In this document: in pieces, positions 16,241 to 26,658 of the stretch
How positions within the stretch are numbered: position 1 is the stretch's first letter
Layout of the letters: each line of letters starts with the position of its first letter
Source of the DNA: Alphaproteobacteria bacterium
GTDB lineage: Bacteria; Pseudomonadota; Alphaproteobacteria; CAAHEQ01; UBA3637
NCBI GenBank assembly: GCA_045598925.1
Contig: JAZRVC010000001.1
Location: forward strand, 1 to 58,808
Direction of reading: 5' to 3'
DNA: 58,808 nt
Position numbers and translations under genes: made by a program
The notes under the pieces: model-generated
The model's input: the letters and a program-made list of their open reading frames with translations, nothing else
Told to the model about the DNA's origin: nothing
Database searches by the model: none

Positions 16241-17125
16241 ATGAAAAATATTGAACTGATTGCGCCCTCATCAGGGATACCGGATTTAAAAGAAACTCAA
16301 CTGAAGATTCTAAAAAAAGAACTTACGTCTTTAAATTTGAATCTTGTGTGTTCTTCTTGCCTTTTAAAAAAGTCGTTTTCTTTTTTATCGGCCCCTGATA
16401 CAGACCGTTTATCAGCCCTGGAAAACGCTTTTACGAACGACAAGACCCAAATTATTTTACCCATACGCGGGGGATATGGTTCTGCCAGATTATTGGATAA
16501 AATCAACTATCATCTGATAAAACAACACCCCAAAATGTTATTGGGTTTTTCAGATACAACCGCTTTGCAAAATGCTCTTTTTACCAAAGCGGGCTTAGTC
16601 AGTTATTCGGGATTTTTGGCCTGCTATGGATTAAAAAAGATTTCGCTCGGTTTAAAAGAAAACCTTAAAAAAACATTAGAAAACAAAAAACAGACCTTTA
16701 AAATTACTCCACTTACAAAAGGAAAAGTACAAGGCACTTTGGTCGGGGGTAATTTAAGTGTGTTTCTTTCTTTATTAAGCACCCCCTACTTTCCAAATAT
16801 GAAAGACAAGATTTTGGTTTTAGAAGAAGTCAATGAGGCCCCTTATAAAATTGACCGTATGCTCAACCAATTAAAATTAGCGGGTGTTTTTACGAAGGTT
16901 AGGGGTGTTATTTTGGGCGATATGAGTGCTAGAGTAAATCCGTCAGACAAGAAGGAAATCCATAAAATTTGCCTGTCCTATTTTGCTTCGGCCCCCTATC
17001 CTGTCGGGATTTTGTCAACTTACTCCCACGCCAAACCAACAATAATTCTACCTATCGGTGGGGAAGTTGTATTAGATACAAAAAAATCTATTTTAACTCT
17101 TGACAAAAGAAAAAAAATCAATTAA
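16241..17125 (+). CDS. ldcA: LD-carboxypeptidase (peptidase S66, LdcA-like)
   Basis: PIRGGYGSARLL and LLGFSDTTALQNALF (nucleophile Ser motif). Size and layout are typical of muramoyl-tetrapeptide carboxypeptidase. Confidence 0.8.
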   Translation: MKNIELIAPSSGIPDLKETQLKILKKELTSLNLNLVCSSCLLKKSFSFLSAPDTDRLSALENAFTNDKTQIILPIRGGYGSARLLDKINYHLIKQHPKMLLGFSDTTALQNALFTKAGLVSYSGFLACYGLKKISLGLKENLKKTLENKKQTFKITPLTKGKVQGTLVGGNLSVFLSLLSTPYFPNMKDKILVLEEVNEAPYKIDRMLNQLKLAGVFTKVRGVILGDMSARVNPSDKKEIHKICLSYFASAPYPVGILSTYSHAKPTIILPIGGEVVLDTKKSILTLDKRKKIN

Positions 17126-17155
17126 AGATGACGATACTAACAAAAGGAGAAAAAT

Positions 17156-17941
17156 ATGTTTAAAAAACTAATTAAATTTATATCAAAATCTATTTTATGG
17201 ATTTTAGCGTTCATCGTATTTGTTGTATTGGTTGCTTATTTTACGGCCAATTACTGGTTGGTTCCTGTGGTCAATAAATTTGCCCCACAAATCACACAAA
17301 CCCCGACTTCATTGTCCAGCGTGGATGTGTCTTTACTCAGTGGCAAACTGGCTTTAAAGGGTCTGAAGATCGGAAATCCGGAAGGCTTCCAAGCGGGCGA
17401 TTTATTCAAATTAGACGAAGTTTCCGTCCAATTCCAACCTAAGTCCGTTTTAACAGACAAGGTCATTGTGGATAAAGTTTTGATTAAAGGAACTCAAATT
17501 TTGGCCGAATTAAACAAAGTGGGTCAAGTGAACTTAATCGTTTTGAATCAAAATATTCAAGATTATGTGAATAAAACACCGACTCAATCGGTTAAATCCA
17601 CAACCAAAACAACGGCTCCAAAAGCCTCTTCTCAACCCAAAACAGTTGTGATTCGGGATTTACAGATTTTAGATTCTTCTATTCAACTGGGCTTTATGGG
17701 AAAGAAAAGCACCTTACAATTGCCTGATATAAAAGAACAAAATATCGGCGAAAAGAAAAAGACTTCTATCCCGGAAGCAGTCATGATGATTGTGAACAAA
17801 TTGACCGTTCAACCTTTGGAAGAAGTGAAGAAAACAGGTCAAAAGGCTTTGAATGAAACCTTGAACTACCTTTCCTCTAAAAAAGGAAGTTCTAAGGCTT
17901 TTCAATTACTGGAAACCTCGTTTTCAAACTTATTGAAATAA
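17156..17941 (+). CDS. Membrane-anchored protein, AsmA/DUF748-like N-terminal region
   Basis: A single N-terminal TM helix followed by repetitive beta-rich segments resembling AsmA-family N-termini. This is a weak, by-eye assignment. Confidence 0.4.
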   Translation: MFKKLIKFISKSILWILAFIVFVVLVAYFTANYWLVPVVNKFAPQITQTPTSLSSVDVSLLSGKLALKGLKIGNPEGFQAGDLFKLDEVSVQFQPKSVLTDKVIVDKVLIKGTQILAELNKVGQVNLIVLNQNIQDYVNKTPTQSVKSTTKTTAPKASSQPKTVVIRDLQILDSSIQLGFMGKKSTLQLPDIKEQNIGEKKKTSIPEAVMMIVNKLTVQPLEEVKKTGQKALNETLNYLSSKKGSSKAFQLLETSFSNLLK

Positions 17942-17958
17942 CTAGGTGAGTTTGAAAA

Positions 17959-17988
17959 AGAGCCCTTCAACAAGGGCTCTTTTTTTTA
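17959..17988. terminator. Bidirectional terminator between the 17156 gene and dnaG
   Basis: AAGAGCCCTT-CAAC-AAGGGCTCTT followed by T8; the upstream side is A-rich. Confidence 0.7.
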
Positions 17989-19695
17989 TTCATCTTCGTT
18001 GTCTATAAAATTTTCAATTTCCTGTCTTAAAATTTCTATTTCCTCTTTAATGGCAGGATTTTCTGTTTTTAAATATTCGGCTTGTTTTTTGGCAAAATTT
18101 TCTTTTAATTCTGATAATTTAATATGATTGATAACGTGGGTAATTTCCTGTAAAACTTCATCAGCCGTTTTAGATTTTTGGACCTTTTCTATCTGTTGCA
18201 ACAACAGTGTTTCTGTTTCGGGAATTAAAGGTTCCCCACCCTCTATGACCGCATCCACCCAAGCATTATACAAAGCCTGTTCATGCAAATCAGAAAAGAA
18301 ATTAAATTGATTTAATTCATCAACAAAACCCGATATAGCCTTGGGATAGGCATATAAATAACTTAAAAGTATTTTATCCATATCCGGCAGAGTTATCTTG
18401 ACTTTTTTACGCGGTTTAAAACGGGGATTTTTTAATTGATAAGTCAATTGTTTAAATCTGTATTTAATTTCCCTGGTATATAAGGTCTTTACCGCTTCAT
18501 TTTTAATTTTATGCACCAACTCAATCGCGTCTTGTTCTGCTTTTGCCAATTGTTCAGGCGTTTTTAACAAGTGGGTCGCCAAAATATTATTCCAAAAGAT
18601 ATCAATAAAAGAGGTCGCCTCTTGGATAATAGATTTAAACAATGTCGGATTATGGCGCATCATATCATCAGGGTCTTGCCCCGTTGGTAAAACCGCAAAC
18701 CTTAAACTTTTCCCGGGCACCAACAAAGGCAGCGCCCGATTCATCGCCCGAATCATGGCGTGCTGTCCCGCAGTATCCCCATCAAAACACATAATCGGTT
18801 CATCGCATAAATGCCACAACAGTTGTAATTGATTTTCTGTAAAAGCCGTCCCCAAAGGTGCCACCGCCTGTGTCCAACCGTTTTGATGCAACGAAATAAC
18901 ATCCATGTTGCCTTCCACGACAATGGCTTCGTTCTTTTTACGAATCGTTTCTATGGCAAAAGGCAGAGCAAAAAGTTGTTCCCCTTTATGAAATAATTCC
19001 GTTTCGGGAGAGTTTAAGTATTTGGGTTCCCCTTTTTCCAACATTCTTCCGCTAAAACCAATTACCCGTTTTTTACGGTCAAAAATAGGGAACATTACCC
19101 GATCATAAAAATAATCGTGCCACATATTTCTGGCTTGATTAAAAGCCAATAACCCCAACTTTTGTGCTTGTTTTAAATCTATTTTATTTTGTTGCAGTTT
19201 TTTAATCAATCCGTTTCCGCGGGGCGCATATCCCAAACGATATTTTTGGATTGTTTCTTCGGACAGGCCTCTTTTTAATAAATAGTCTTTAGCGATTTGT
19301 CCAGATTCCAAAGAAATTTCTTGTTCAAAATATTGACAGGCAATTTCCATAATCTGTGCCAACTGCGATTGCTTTTCTTGACGAAACTGTTCTTGCGGGT
19401 CTGTTTTTGGCAACGGAACCCCCGCCATATTCGCCAACATTTCCACCGCTTCGGGAAAAGGCATCTTATCAAAATCCACCAAAAAACGAATCGCATCCCC
19501 ATGGGCGCCACAACCGAAACAATGATAAAATCCTTTATCATCATTGATTGTAAAAGAAGGCGTCTTTTCGTGGTGAAAAGGACAAAGTCCCAACGATTCA
19601 CGTCCTTTTCGGGTCAATTTCACCCGTCGTCCTATCAGGTCTGATAGAACGATTCGTTCTCGTAAAGAATCCAAAAACTCGGGTGTAAATTGCAT
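17986..19695 (-). CDS. dnaG: DNA primase
   Basis: CPFHHEKTPSF...CFGCGAHGD zinc ribbon and a TOPRIM region (VVEGNMDVISL ... FDGDTAGQ). Confidence 0.95.
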   Translation of the reverse strand: MQFTPEFLDSLRERIVLSDLIGRRVKLTRKGRESLGLCPFHHEKTPSFTINDDKGFYHCFGCGAHGDAIRFLVDFDKMPFPEAVEMLANMAGVPLPKTDPQEQFRQEKQSQLAQIMEIACQYFEQEISLESGQIAKDYLLKRGLSEETIQKYRLGYAPRGNGLIKKLQQNKIDLKQAQKLGLLAFNQARNMWHDYFYDRVMFPIFDRKKRVIGFSGRMLEKGEPKYLNSPETELFHKGEQLFALPFAIETIRKKNEAIVVEGNMDVISLHQNGWTQAVAPLGTAFTENQLQLLWHLCDEPIMCFDGDTAGQHAMIRAMNRALPLLVPGKSLRFAVLPTGQDPDDMMRHNPTLFKSIIQEATSFIDIFWNNILATHLLKTPEQLAKAEQDAIELVHKIKNEAVKTLYTREIKYRFKQLTYQLKNPRFKPRKKVKITLPDMDKILLSYLYAYPKAISGFVDELNQFNFFSDLHEQALYNAWVDAVIEGGEPLIPETETLLLQQIEKVQKSKTADEVLQEITHVINHIKLSELKENFAKKQAEYLKTENPAIKEEIEILRQEIENFIDNEDE

Positions 19696-19697
19696 CT

Positions 19698-20156
19698 TTA
19701 TTTTGACAGTTCTTGTTTAATAATACCGGAAGCCACACCAAAATCCATTTGGCCGGCGTATTTACCACGCAAAATGCCCATGACTTTTCCCATATCTTTA
19801 ATAGAGGTTGCCCCCGCTTCTTGAATCACCTTTTGAATTTCGGCGGTCATTTCTTCCGGGGTCATTTGTTTGGGTAAAAAGGCCTGAATCACATCCACTT
19901 CACCCTGTTCATGTGCCACTAAATCCATGCGGTTTCCTTGTTGGTACATCGCAATACTTTCTTTACGTTGTTTAATCATTGTTTGCAACAAAGACAGGAT
20001 ACCCGCTTCATCAATACCGTTATAATTTCCCTTGCTTCTATCTGCAATATCTTTATCTTTAATGGCCGCATTGATCAATCTTAAAGTGGCCACTTTTTCT
20101 TTATCTTGGTTTTTCATGGCTTCAACAAGCGCTTTTTTAATTTCATCACGAATCAT
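19698..20156 (-). CDS. GatB/YqeY domain protein
   Basis: 152 aa; MKxxDKxxVxTLRLINAAIKD and a C-terminal MGKVMGxLRGKYAGxxD pattern. Confidence 0.85.
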   Translation of the reverse strand: MIRDEIKKALVEAMKNQDKEKVATLRLINAAIKDKDIADRSKGNYNGIDEAGILSLLQTMIKQRKESIAMYQQGNRMDLVAHEQGEVDVIQAFLPKQMTPEEMTAEIQKVIQEAGATSIKDMGKVMGILRGKYAGQMDFGVASGIIKQELSK

Positions 20157-20256
20157 TTTTTTCTCCTTTGTGATTAGGACTACAGTATAATCTTTTTTTT
20201 AAAAAAAATAAAGAATTTTATTGCATCTTTTCTTTTTTTGTGCATAAATAGGCTCT

Positions 20257-20955
20257 ATGGAGAAAAATATGATTATTTTTGCATTATGGGGAGTTGTTTT
20301 CGGTTTTATTCTTCCATTTATCGCGGGACGATTTGGTAAGTTGGTTCCCGCCGACCCCGGAAGTATAATTTTACGCCTGTTCCATTTTCCAAAAATCCCC
20401 GCAAAAAAAGACCTTCAACGCTATTTATTATGGCAACGGCTCAATAAAAAACTTTATTACTGGGGTGTTTTTTGGGCCATCATGTGCGCATGTCTTTTTA
20501 CAGGTGTTTATCTGGTCATTCCCCCTGTTTTACAGACTTTTTCCTGTGTTTTTATTTGGGTAGTGTGCGCTTGTATGGTCATAGATGCTCTTTATTGGCT
20601 TTTACCTGACTTTTTCACTCTCCCCCTTTTGATGTTGGGTATTTTATTTGCCACAAAATCCTCCGATTTTTCTTTGGAAATGGCCCTGACGGGTGCCATT
20701 GGCGGCTATCTAGTTTCCGTCCTATCCGTGATGGTACTGGCGTTTTCACCTCAAAAAGAACTCGGATGCGGGGATGTCAAAATGATTACGGCCTTGGGCG
20801 CGTGGTTGGGAATTGTGGGTTTAAGCATAACCCTGGTGCTGTCTTTTATCTTTTTTGTGATTTTTTCCATTTTAGATTTACATAAGAAAGGAGCCTATGG
20901 TCCGGCCTTAGGAGCAGCCGCTATCATCAGTTTTTTTCTGATACATATGAAATAA
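20257..20955 (+). CDS. Prepilin (type IV leader) peptidase, A24 family
   Basis: Polytopic membrane protein with two Asp motifs: LLPDFFTLPLL and GCGDVKMITALGAWLG. No N-terminal CxxC domain is visible. Confidence 0.8.
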   Translation: MEKNMIIFALWGVVFGFILPFIAGRFGKLVPADPGSIILRLFHFPKIPAKKDLQRYLLWQRLNKKLYYWGVFWAIMCACLFTGVYLVIPPVLQTFSCVFIWVVCACMVIDALYWLLPDFFTLPLLMLGILFATKSSDFSLEMALTGAIGGYLVSVLSVMVLAFSPQKELGCGDVKMITALGAWLGIVGLSITLVLSFIFFVIFSILDLHKKGAYGPALGAAAIISFFLIHMK

Positions 20956-20975
20956 AACTGGACAATTCATAAAAA

Positions 20976-21869
20976 ATGACTATAATACGTAAAAAAAAAC
21001 AACAAATGAAAGGGAATCTAATGCCAAAATCAAAAAAACAAAAAACAGTTCGTGCAGAGATTGACACATCAACTGAAAAAAAACGTCCGGTGGTTGTTGA
21101 AACACCTGCTGAACTTTCTTTGGGTGGGATATTGGAAACAGCCCGTAAAAAAAGAAAATTAGAAATTGAAGACGTGGCCGACATATTACGTATTAAAGGG
21201 AACTATTTGGACGCTTTGGAAAAGGGGCGTTATTATGCTTTCCCTGCCCGTAGTTATGCGATTGGTTTTTTAAGAAACTATGCGAAGTATTTAAGACTGA
21301 ATCCGGACGATTTAGTGGAACTTTTCTATAAAGAGACAAGTGATACCAAAACAGAACCTTTGGATATGTTAGTGTTGGAAAAGAAATTCCCTCTTCCCAG
21401 TTTTAAGACCTTGTGTGAGATTTTGGGAATTGTCTTGGCTATTTATATTATTTGGTATTTAATTGCCGCTTATTTATATCCGGAAGCGTTAGTATCAAAA
21501 GATAAGATAGAAGTCCCTGCCCCGGTTGTTGAGGAAGTCGCTTTGCCCGAACCTGAACCGGTCGTAGAGGAAGAAAAGAAAGCAGAACCTGAAATTGCCG
21601 AAATTTCTGAGGATGTTTTTAAGGCGCCGATTGCTTTTGTGGCCAGAGAACGTATTTGGGTCAGCATCAAAGATACGGATAACAATAAGATTCTTTTGGA
21701 TAAAGTTTTAATCAAAAATGAACATTATATCCCCAAAATTTCTTTCTCTGATATTGCTGTCAGTACAGGAAGAGCCGGTGCTTTGGATTTATATCTAGAT
21801 GGTAAAAAAGTTAAAACATTGGGAAAAGAACAAAACACTGATTTGGAAGATATTGAGGACGAAGATTAG
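20976..21869 (+). CDS. rodZ: RodZ-like cytoskeleton protein (HTH + TM + DUF4115-like C-terminus)
   Basis: LGGILETARKKRKLEIEDVADILRIKGNYLDALEKGRY is the HTH region. A single TM helix follows, then a Pro/Glu-rich linker and a beta-rich C-terminal domain. The start is uncertain; the ATG at 21021 has a better Shine-Dalgarno sequence (AAGGGA). Confidence 0.7.
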   Translation: MTIIRKKKQQMKGNLMPKSKKQKTVRAEIDTSTEKKRPVVVETPAELSLGGILETARKKRKLEIEDVADILRIKGNYLDALEKGRYYAFPARSYAIGFLRNYAKYLRLNPDDLVELFYKETSDTKTEPLDMLVLEKKFPLPSFKTLCEILGIVLAIYIIWYLIAAYLYPEALVSKDKIEVPAPVVEEVALPEPEPVVEEEKKAEPEIAEISEDVFKAPIAFVARERIWVSIKDTDNNKILLDKVLIKNEHYIPKISFSDIAVSTGRAGALDLYLDGKKVKTLGKEQNTDLEDIEDED

Positions 21870-21923
21870 TTTTTAGGGGACAAGTTTTTATAAACACCTA
21901 TTAACTTTTTTTCGGGGAATACA

Positions 21924-22991
21924 ATGAATTTTAACGAAAAATTAAAAACAATTTTGGCTCGGCACGCCGAATTGACACAATTGTTGACACAAGAACAAGA
22001 TCGGGAAACCTTTATTGCTTTGTCAAAAGAGTTGTCTGCGATGGAAGAAATTGTGCAAATCGGCCAAGAATACCTGAAGACTCAGACACAATTGGAAGAA
22101 GACAGCCAAATGATGGAAGACAACACGTTAGACCCAGAACTCAAGCAAATGGCCCATGACGAGTATTATGAATTAAAAGAAAAAATTCCACAAATGGAAC
22201 ATCAAATGCAGGTCTTACTTTTGCCCAAAGATGAAGCCGATGAACGCAACGTGATTTTAGAGGTGCGCGCGGGCACAGGTGGCGAAGAAGCCGCCCTGTT
22301 TGCCGCCGAATTGTTCCGTATGTATGAACGTTATGCGGCCTTAAAAAGATGGAAATTTGAAACTTTAGATTTAAACGAAACGGGTTTAGGGGGCTTTAAA
22401 GAAGCGGTCGCGCAAATCAGCGGTTCTTCTGTGTTTGCCAGATTAAAATACGAATCGGGTGTGCATCGCGTTCAACGTGTTCCCGAAACAGAAACTTCAG
22501 GACGTGTTCATACCTCGGCGGCTACCGTGGCTGTCTTACCGGAAGCCAAAGAAGTGGATGTACAAATCAATGAAGCAGATTTGGAAATTACGACCTGTCG
22601 CGCCAGTGGTGCGGGCGGTCAGCACGTCAATAAAACAGATAGTGCTATCCGAATCGTTCATAAACCGACAGGAATCGCGGTAGAATGCCAAGAAGAACGT
22701 TCTCAATTCAAGAACAAAGAAAAAGCCATGATGCGTTTAAGAACAGCGCTTTACGATATGGAACGCCAAAAAGCGGATAAAGAACGTTCGGCCAACAGAA
22801 AAAATCAGGTGGGGTCCGGGGATAGATCCGAACGTATTCGTACCTATAACTATCCACAAGGACGGGTAACAGACCATCGTATCAATAAAACGGTCTATCA
22901 ATTACCAACCGTGCTCAACGGTGAAGGGTTGGACGATTTTATTGATGCGTTGATTACAGAAAACCAAATGGCGCAACTAGCGGAAATTTAA
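21924..22991 (+). CDS. prfA: Peptide chain release factor 1
   Basis: [14 protein letters not shown] (GGQ motif) and the PET tripeptide of RF1 (VPETETSGR). Confidence 0.95.
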   Translation: MNFNEKLKTILARHAELTQLLTQEQDRETFIALSKELSAMEEIVQIGQEYLKTQTQLEEDSQMMEDNTLDPELKQMAHDEYYELKEKIPQMEHQMQVLLLPKDEADERNVILEVRAGTGGEEAALFAAELFRMYERYAALKRWKFETLDLNETGLGGFKEAVAQISGSSVFARLKYESGVHRVQRVPETETSGRVHTSAATVAVLPEAKEVDVQINEADLEITTCRASGAGGQHVNKTDSAIRIVHKPTGIAVECQEERSQFKNKEKAMMRLRTALYDMERQKADKERSANRKNQVGSGDRSERIRTYNYPQGRVTDHRINKTVYQLPTVLNGEGLDDFIDALITENQMAQLAEI

Positions 22992-22992
22992 A

Positions 22993-23778
22993 ATGATTAC
23001 AAAACAAAATCTGATTCAGCAACTAAAAGGCATTACTGATACACCTTCTTTAGAGGCTGAATGGATTTTAGAGGAAACCTCAGACGAAAAGAAAATCCAA
23101 GAAATTATTCAAAGACGCAAAAAAGAAGAACCCCTATCTAAAATTTTGGGACATCGTTCTTTTTGGCGGGGTGATTTTTTGGTGTCTAAAGATGTTTTGG
23201 ATCCTCGCCCTGATTCGGAAACACTGATTCGCGCCGTGTTGGATTTAATTCCTGATAAAAAAAAGCCCTACTCTTTTTTGGATATTGCCACAGGCAGCGG
23301 TTGTCTTTTGGTTTCACTTTTAATGGAATATCCTAATGCTAAAGGAACGGGGTTGGATATTTCCCCAAAGGCCATTAAAATCGCCCAGAAAAACATTAAA
23401 TTAAATAAAGTGCGGGCTTTTTTACACCGCAAGGATATGCGCGTTTTAAAATTGTTGGAAGAATATGATTTTGCGGTTTCCAATCCCCCCTATATTCCCA
23501 CACAAGAGGTCAAAAAACTGAAAAAAAATGTCAGATGCTATGACCCGAAAATTGCGCTGGACGGCGGGAAAGACGGGCTGGATTACTATCGGGTGCTGGC
23601 CAAAATACAAGGGTTGCCCCTTTTGTTTTTGGAAATTGGTATCGGACAAAAAAAAGAGGTCCATCAAATCTTTTTAGCCGAACACTGGCGATTAAAAAAG
23701 ACCTATACGGACTATAACGGTATTGAACGGGTATTGGTTTTTCAAAAAAAAGTTGAAAAATACCCAAAAATCAGTTAG
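22993..23778 (+). CDS. prmC: Release-factor glutamine N5-methyltransferase
   Basis: FLDIATGSGC SAM-binding motif and the NPPYIP catalytic motif. Immediately downstream of prfA. Confidence 0.9.
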   Translation: MITKQNLIQQLKGITDTPSLEAEWILEETSDEKKIQEIIQRRKKEEPLSKILGHRSFWRGDFLVSKDVLDPRPDSETLIRAVLDLIPDKKKPYSFLDIATGSGCLLVSLLMEYPNAKGTGLDISPKAIKIAQKNIKLNKVRAFLHRKDMRVLKLLEEYDFAVSNPPYIPTQEVKKLKKNVRCYDPKIALDGGKDGLDYYRVLAKIQGLPLLFLEIGIGQKKEVHQIFLAEHWRLKKTYTDYNGIERVLVFQKKVEKYPKIS

Positions 23779-23787
23779 GATAATTTT

Positions 23788-25356
23788 ATGTCATTATTAA
23801 AATCTATTGCAACAGTAAGTGGATGCACCGCCATCAGTCGTGTGGTAGGGTTTATTCGCGATATTTTGATGGCCAGATTTTTAGGGGCCAGCATGATGGC
23901 GGACGCTTTCTTTGTGGCCTGGCGTTTTCCCAATTTATTCAGAAGCCTGTTTGCCGAAGGTGCCCTCAATGTTGCGTTTGTACCTTTATTTACAGGGCAA
24001 CTCAATAAAAAAGGCAAACAATCCGCCCTGGAATTTGCCCGATCCGTTTTCAGTTTTCTGTTTTATGTCCTATTGATTTTTACCGTCATTATGGAAATCA
24101 TTATGCCGGGGGTTATCTTTTTACTTGCCCCGGGCTTTGATAAAATTTCGGGAAAATTGGAACTGGCTTCCAGTTTAAGCCGTATTTCTTTTCCTTTCTT
24201 GCTGTTTATATCGTTGGTATCGTTGTTTTCAGGGATGCTCAATTCCGTTGGGAAATTTTGGGCGGCCGCTTTTACGCCTGTTTTACTCAACCTGACAATG
24301 ATTTTTTTCTTGCTCTGTTTAACACCCTTTTTATCGGGAGAGGCAGCCCCCGCTTATGCTTTAGCCATAGGGGTGACCGTTGCGGGTGTTTTAGAGTTTT
24401 TATTCTTATTGTGGCACATTAAAAAATCAGGTCTGATTTTTAAACTTGCGTCTCCGTTTAAAGTCTTTGGTCATCTGTCCCAAGATGTTGTGGAACTGTT
24501 AAAGAAAATGGCCCCGGGGATTTTAGGGTCTGGTGTTTATCAAATCAATTTGTTTTTGGATACCCTTTTTGTTTCTTTTGTCGGAGCGGGAGCGATTTCA
24601 TGGCTCAATTACGCTCACCACGTTTTTCAATTACCTATTGGTATTATCGGGGTCGCGATTGGAACCGCCCTGCTTCCCGTTTTATCCAAGCACGTCAAAA
24701 CAGGCGAATTAGAACAAGCCAATACCCATTTAAACAGAGGTCTGGAAATTTCTTTGGCTATGTCTGTACCTGCGGCGGTGGGGCTGTTTATGCTGTCAGT
24801 ACCTGTGATTTTTTCCCTGTTTCAATATGGGGTCTTTACCGCAGAAGATACCCTGCATACTGCCAGGGCTTTGGCAATCTTTTCTTTGGGACTGCCTGCC
24901 TATATGGCCACCAAAACTTTTGCCCCGTTCTTTTATGCCCGCGGGGATACAACAACCCCTGTTAAAATTGCCATTATCGGTGTGATTTTAAATTCTTCTT
25001 TAGCCTTAATTTTTATGCAATTTTGGGGATACGCCGGTATCGCTTTGGCGACCACCTGCAGTGTGTGGATCAACGCGGCCCAATATCTGTTCCGACTGAT
25101 TCGTCATCCCGAATTTTCTTTTGATCAGGTCTTTAAATTCAGATTTCCACGCTTGCTGTTTTCGGTTCTGATTATGGGATTGATGATTCATATCTTATTA
25201 TTATCACAAAACTATTTCTTCCCGAATATCAATCAATTCTATCAAATCATCAGTTTGGGAACAATTATTATTGTTTCGGGGACCGTTTATTTGATAACGC
25301 TGATTTTAAGTAAAGGCATCCAATTAGGTCAAATTAAATCTTTTATCAAACGATAA
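23788..25356 (+). CDS. murJ: Lipid II flippase MurJ
   Basis: 522-aa polytopic protein. The N-terminus SRVVGFIRDILMARFLGASMMADAFFVAWRFPNLFR is typical of MurJ/MviN. Confidence 0.9.
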   Translation: MSLLKSIATVSGCTAISRVVGFIRDILMARFLGASMMADAFFVAWRFPNLFRSLFAEGALNVAFVPLFTGQLNKKGKQSALEFARSVFSFLFYVLLIFTVIMEIIMPGVIFLLAPGFDKISGKLELASSLSRISFPFLLFISLVSLFSGMLNSVGKFWAAAFTPVLLNLTMIFFLLCLTPFLSGEAAPAYALAIGVTVAGVLEFLFLLWHIKKSGLIFKLASPFKVFGHLSQDVVELLKKMAPGILGSGVYQINLFLDTLFVSFVGAGAISWLNYAHHVFQLPIGIIGVAIGTALLPVLSKHVKTGELEQANTHLNRGLEISLAMSVPAAVGLFMLSVPVIFSLFQYGVFTAEDTLHTARALAIFSLGLPAYMATKTFAPFFYARGDTTTPVKIAIIGVILNSSLALIFMQFWGYAGIALATTCSVWINAAQYLFRLIRHPEFSFDQVFKFRFPRLLFSVLIMGLMIHILLLSQNYFFPNINQFYQIISLGTIIIVSGTVYLITLILSKGIQLGQIKSFIKR

Positions 25357-25365
25357 GGGGGAAAA

Positions 25366-26190
25366 ATGAAATATCTGTTTTTAATTTTGGTCGGATTCAT
25401 GTTCACTCATCCGGTTTTTGCCAAAGAAAGTAAGACGAATTTTGATACACTGTTTCCTGTTTTAACTGCCCCTGTTCAAGGGGAAGAAATCTCACCAAAA
25501 ACAACCAAAGAACTGGAAAGCCTTTTTATTTCTTCCGAAGGCACACTGCCCCGTGTTTTTATCAAACACCTGCCTGCTGATTTTAAAGACAAAGGAAATA
25601 AAGAACTGTTTTCAAAAGTCGTCGGGGCTTTAATTTTACGCGAAAATGAACAAATTTTATCCGAAAGAGTCTTGTTTAATCTTTTAAAACAAAAATATAA
25701 CAAAGGGGAAAAATGGACCCAAAAAGAACAAGCCTATTTTAATTATTTAGTGGAAAAATATGATGCGATTGTTTTAAAAACAATCCTGACCAAAATAAAT
25801 GATTTAGAATATAAAATTGATGAAATTCCCTTGTCTATGGCCATTTCTCAAGCCGCCCTGCAAACAAATTGGGGAAAAGAAAATCTTGCGTCTATTTATG
25901 CACAAAAAGGTTGGAAAGATAAAGACCATTATGACTTTGTGGAATATCCGGATATGATTGCGGCAACCTCCGCTTATGTCAAAGAAATGAACGGCACCCC
26001 CAACTATGATGAATGGCGTCGCGTCCGCACCAGACGGGAACAAAAAGATTCCCCACGTTATGCGTTAAATTTTGCCTCAGGTTTAGATGTGTATATGCCA
26101 GAAGATGTGTTTTATCCCCAAAAAATAAAAGACCTTTTAAAAGCAAATACTTTTCTGTTTAATTATGACCAAATGAAATTTAATGATTAA
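25366..26190 (+). CDS. Secreted Bax/FlgJ-type glucosaminidase-domain protein, possibly catalytically altered
   Basis: Signal peptide. IPLSMAISQAALQTNWGKE aligns with the GH73-like LAQAAxESGWG motif but has Q in place of the E. Confidence 0.6.
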   Translation: MKYLFLILVGFMFTHPVFAKESKTNFDTLFPVLTAPVQGEEISPKTTKELESLFISSEGTLPRVFIKHLPADFKDKGNKELFSKVVGALILRENEQILSERVLFNLLKQKYNKGEKWTQKEQAYFNYLVEKYDAIVLKTILTKINDLEYKIDEIPLSMAISQAALQTNWGKENLASIYAQKGWKDKDHYDFVEYPDMIAATSAYVKEMNGTPNYDEWRRVRTRREQKDSPRYALNFASGLDVYMPEDVFYPQKIKDLLKANTFLFNYDQMKFND

Positions 26191-26614
26191 AATTTTCACT
26201 TTTTTATTGTGTTGTTTTTTGGGGCTGGATGTTGGTGCCGATGTCAATTCTAGCACACAAATCAACATTCAAACAGAGGAAGGAGAAGTATCCTATCAAT
26301 TAGAGGTCGCCGATACCCCTGTTAAAAGAGAAATAGGTCTGATGAATCGTAAAAACCTGCCCCCAAATCAAGGGATGCTGTTTACGTTTTCCAGACCTCA
26401 AATCGTCAATATGTGGATGAAAAATACCTATATTCCTTTGGATATGCTGTTTATTGATAACACAAATACAATCAAGCATATTCATCAAAATGCAATCCCC
26501 CATAACCTGAATCTTATTTCCAGTCGTTATCCCATTACCAAGGTAGTGGAAATCAACGCGGGGGAAATCGCCCGCCATCAGATAAAAACAGGACAAAAAA
26601 TATCCTTTAATTAG
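26183..26614 (+). CDS. DUF192 family secreted protein
   Basis: VADTPVKREIGLMNRKNLPPNQGMLFTF ... MWMKNTYIPLDMLFID matches the DUF192 pattern. Confidence 0.7.
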   Translation: MIKIFTFLLCCFLGLDVGADVNSSTQINIQTEEGEVSYQLEVADTPVKREIGLMNRKNLPPNQGMLFTFSRPQIVNMWMKNTYIPLDMLFIDNTNTIKHIHQNAIPHNLNLISSRYPITKVVEINAGEIARHQIKTGQKISFN

Positions 26615-26624
26615 ATACTTTTTC

Positions 26625-26653
26625 TTGACATTTGGGGTATTTTATCATATCAT
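26625..26653 (+). promoter_or_regulatory. SRP RNA promoter
   Basis: TTGACA (26625..26630), a 17-nt spacer, then TATCAT (26648..26653). The predicted TSS coincides with the RNA 5' end. Confidence 0.6.
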
Positions 26654-26658
26654 AACAC

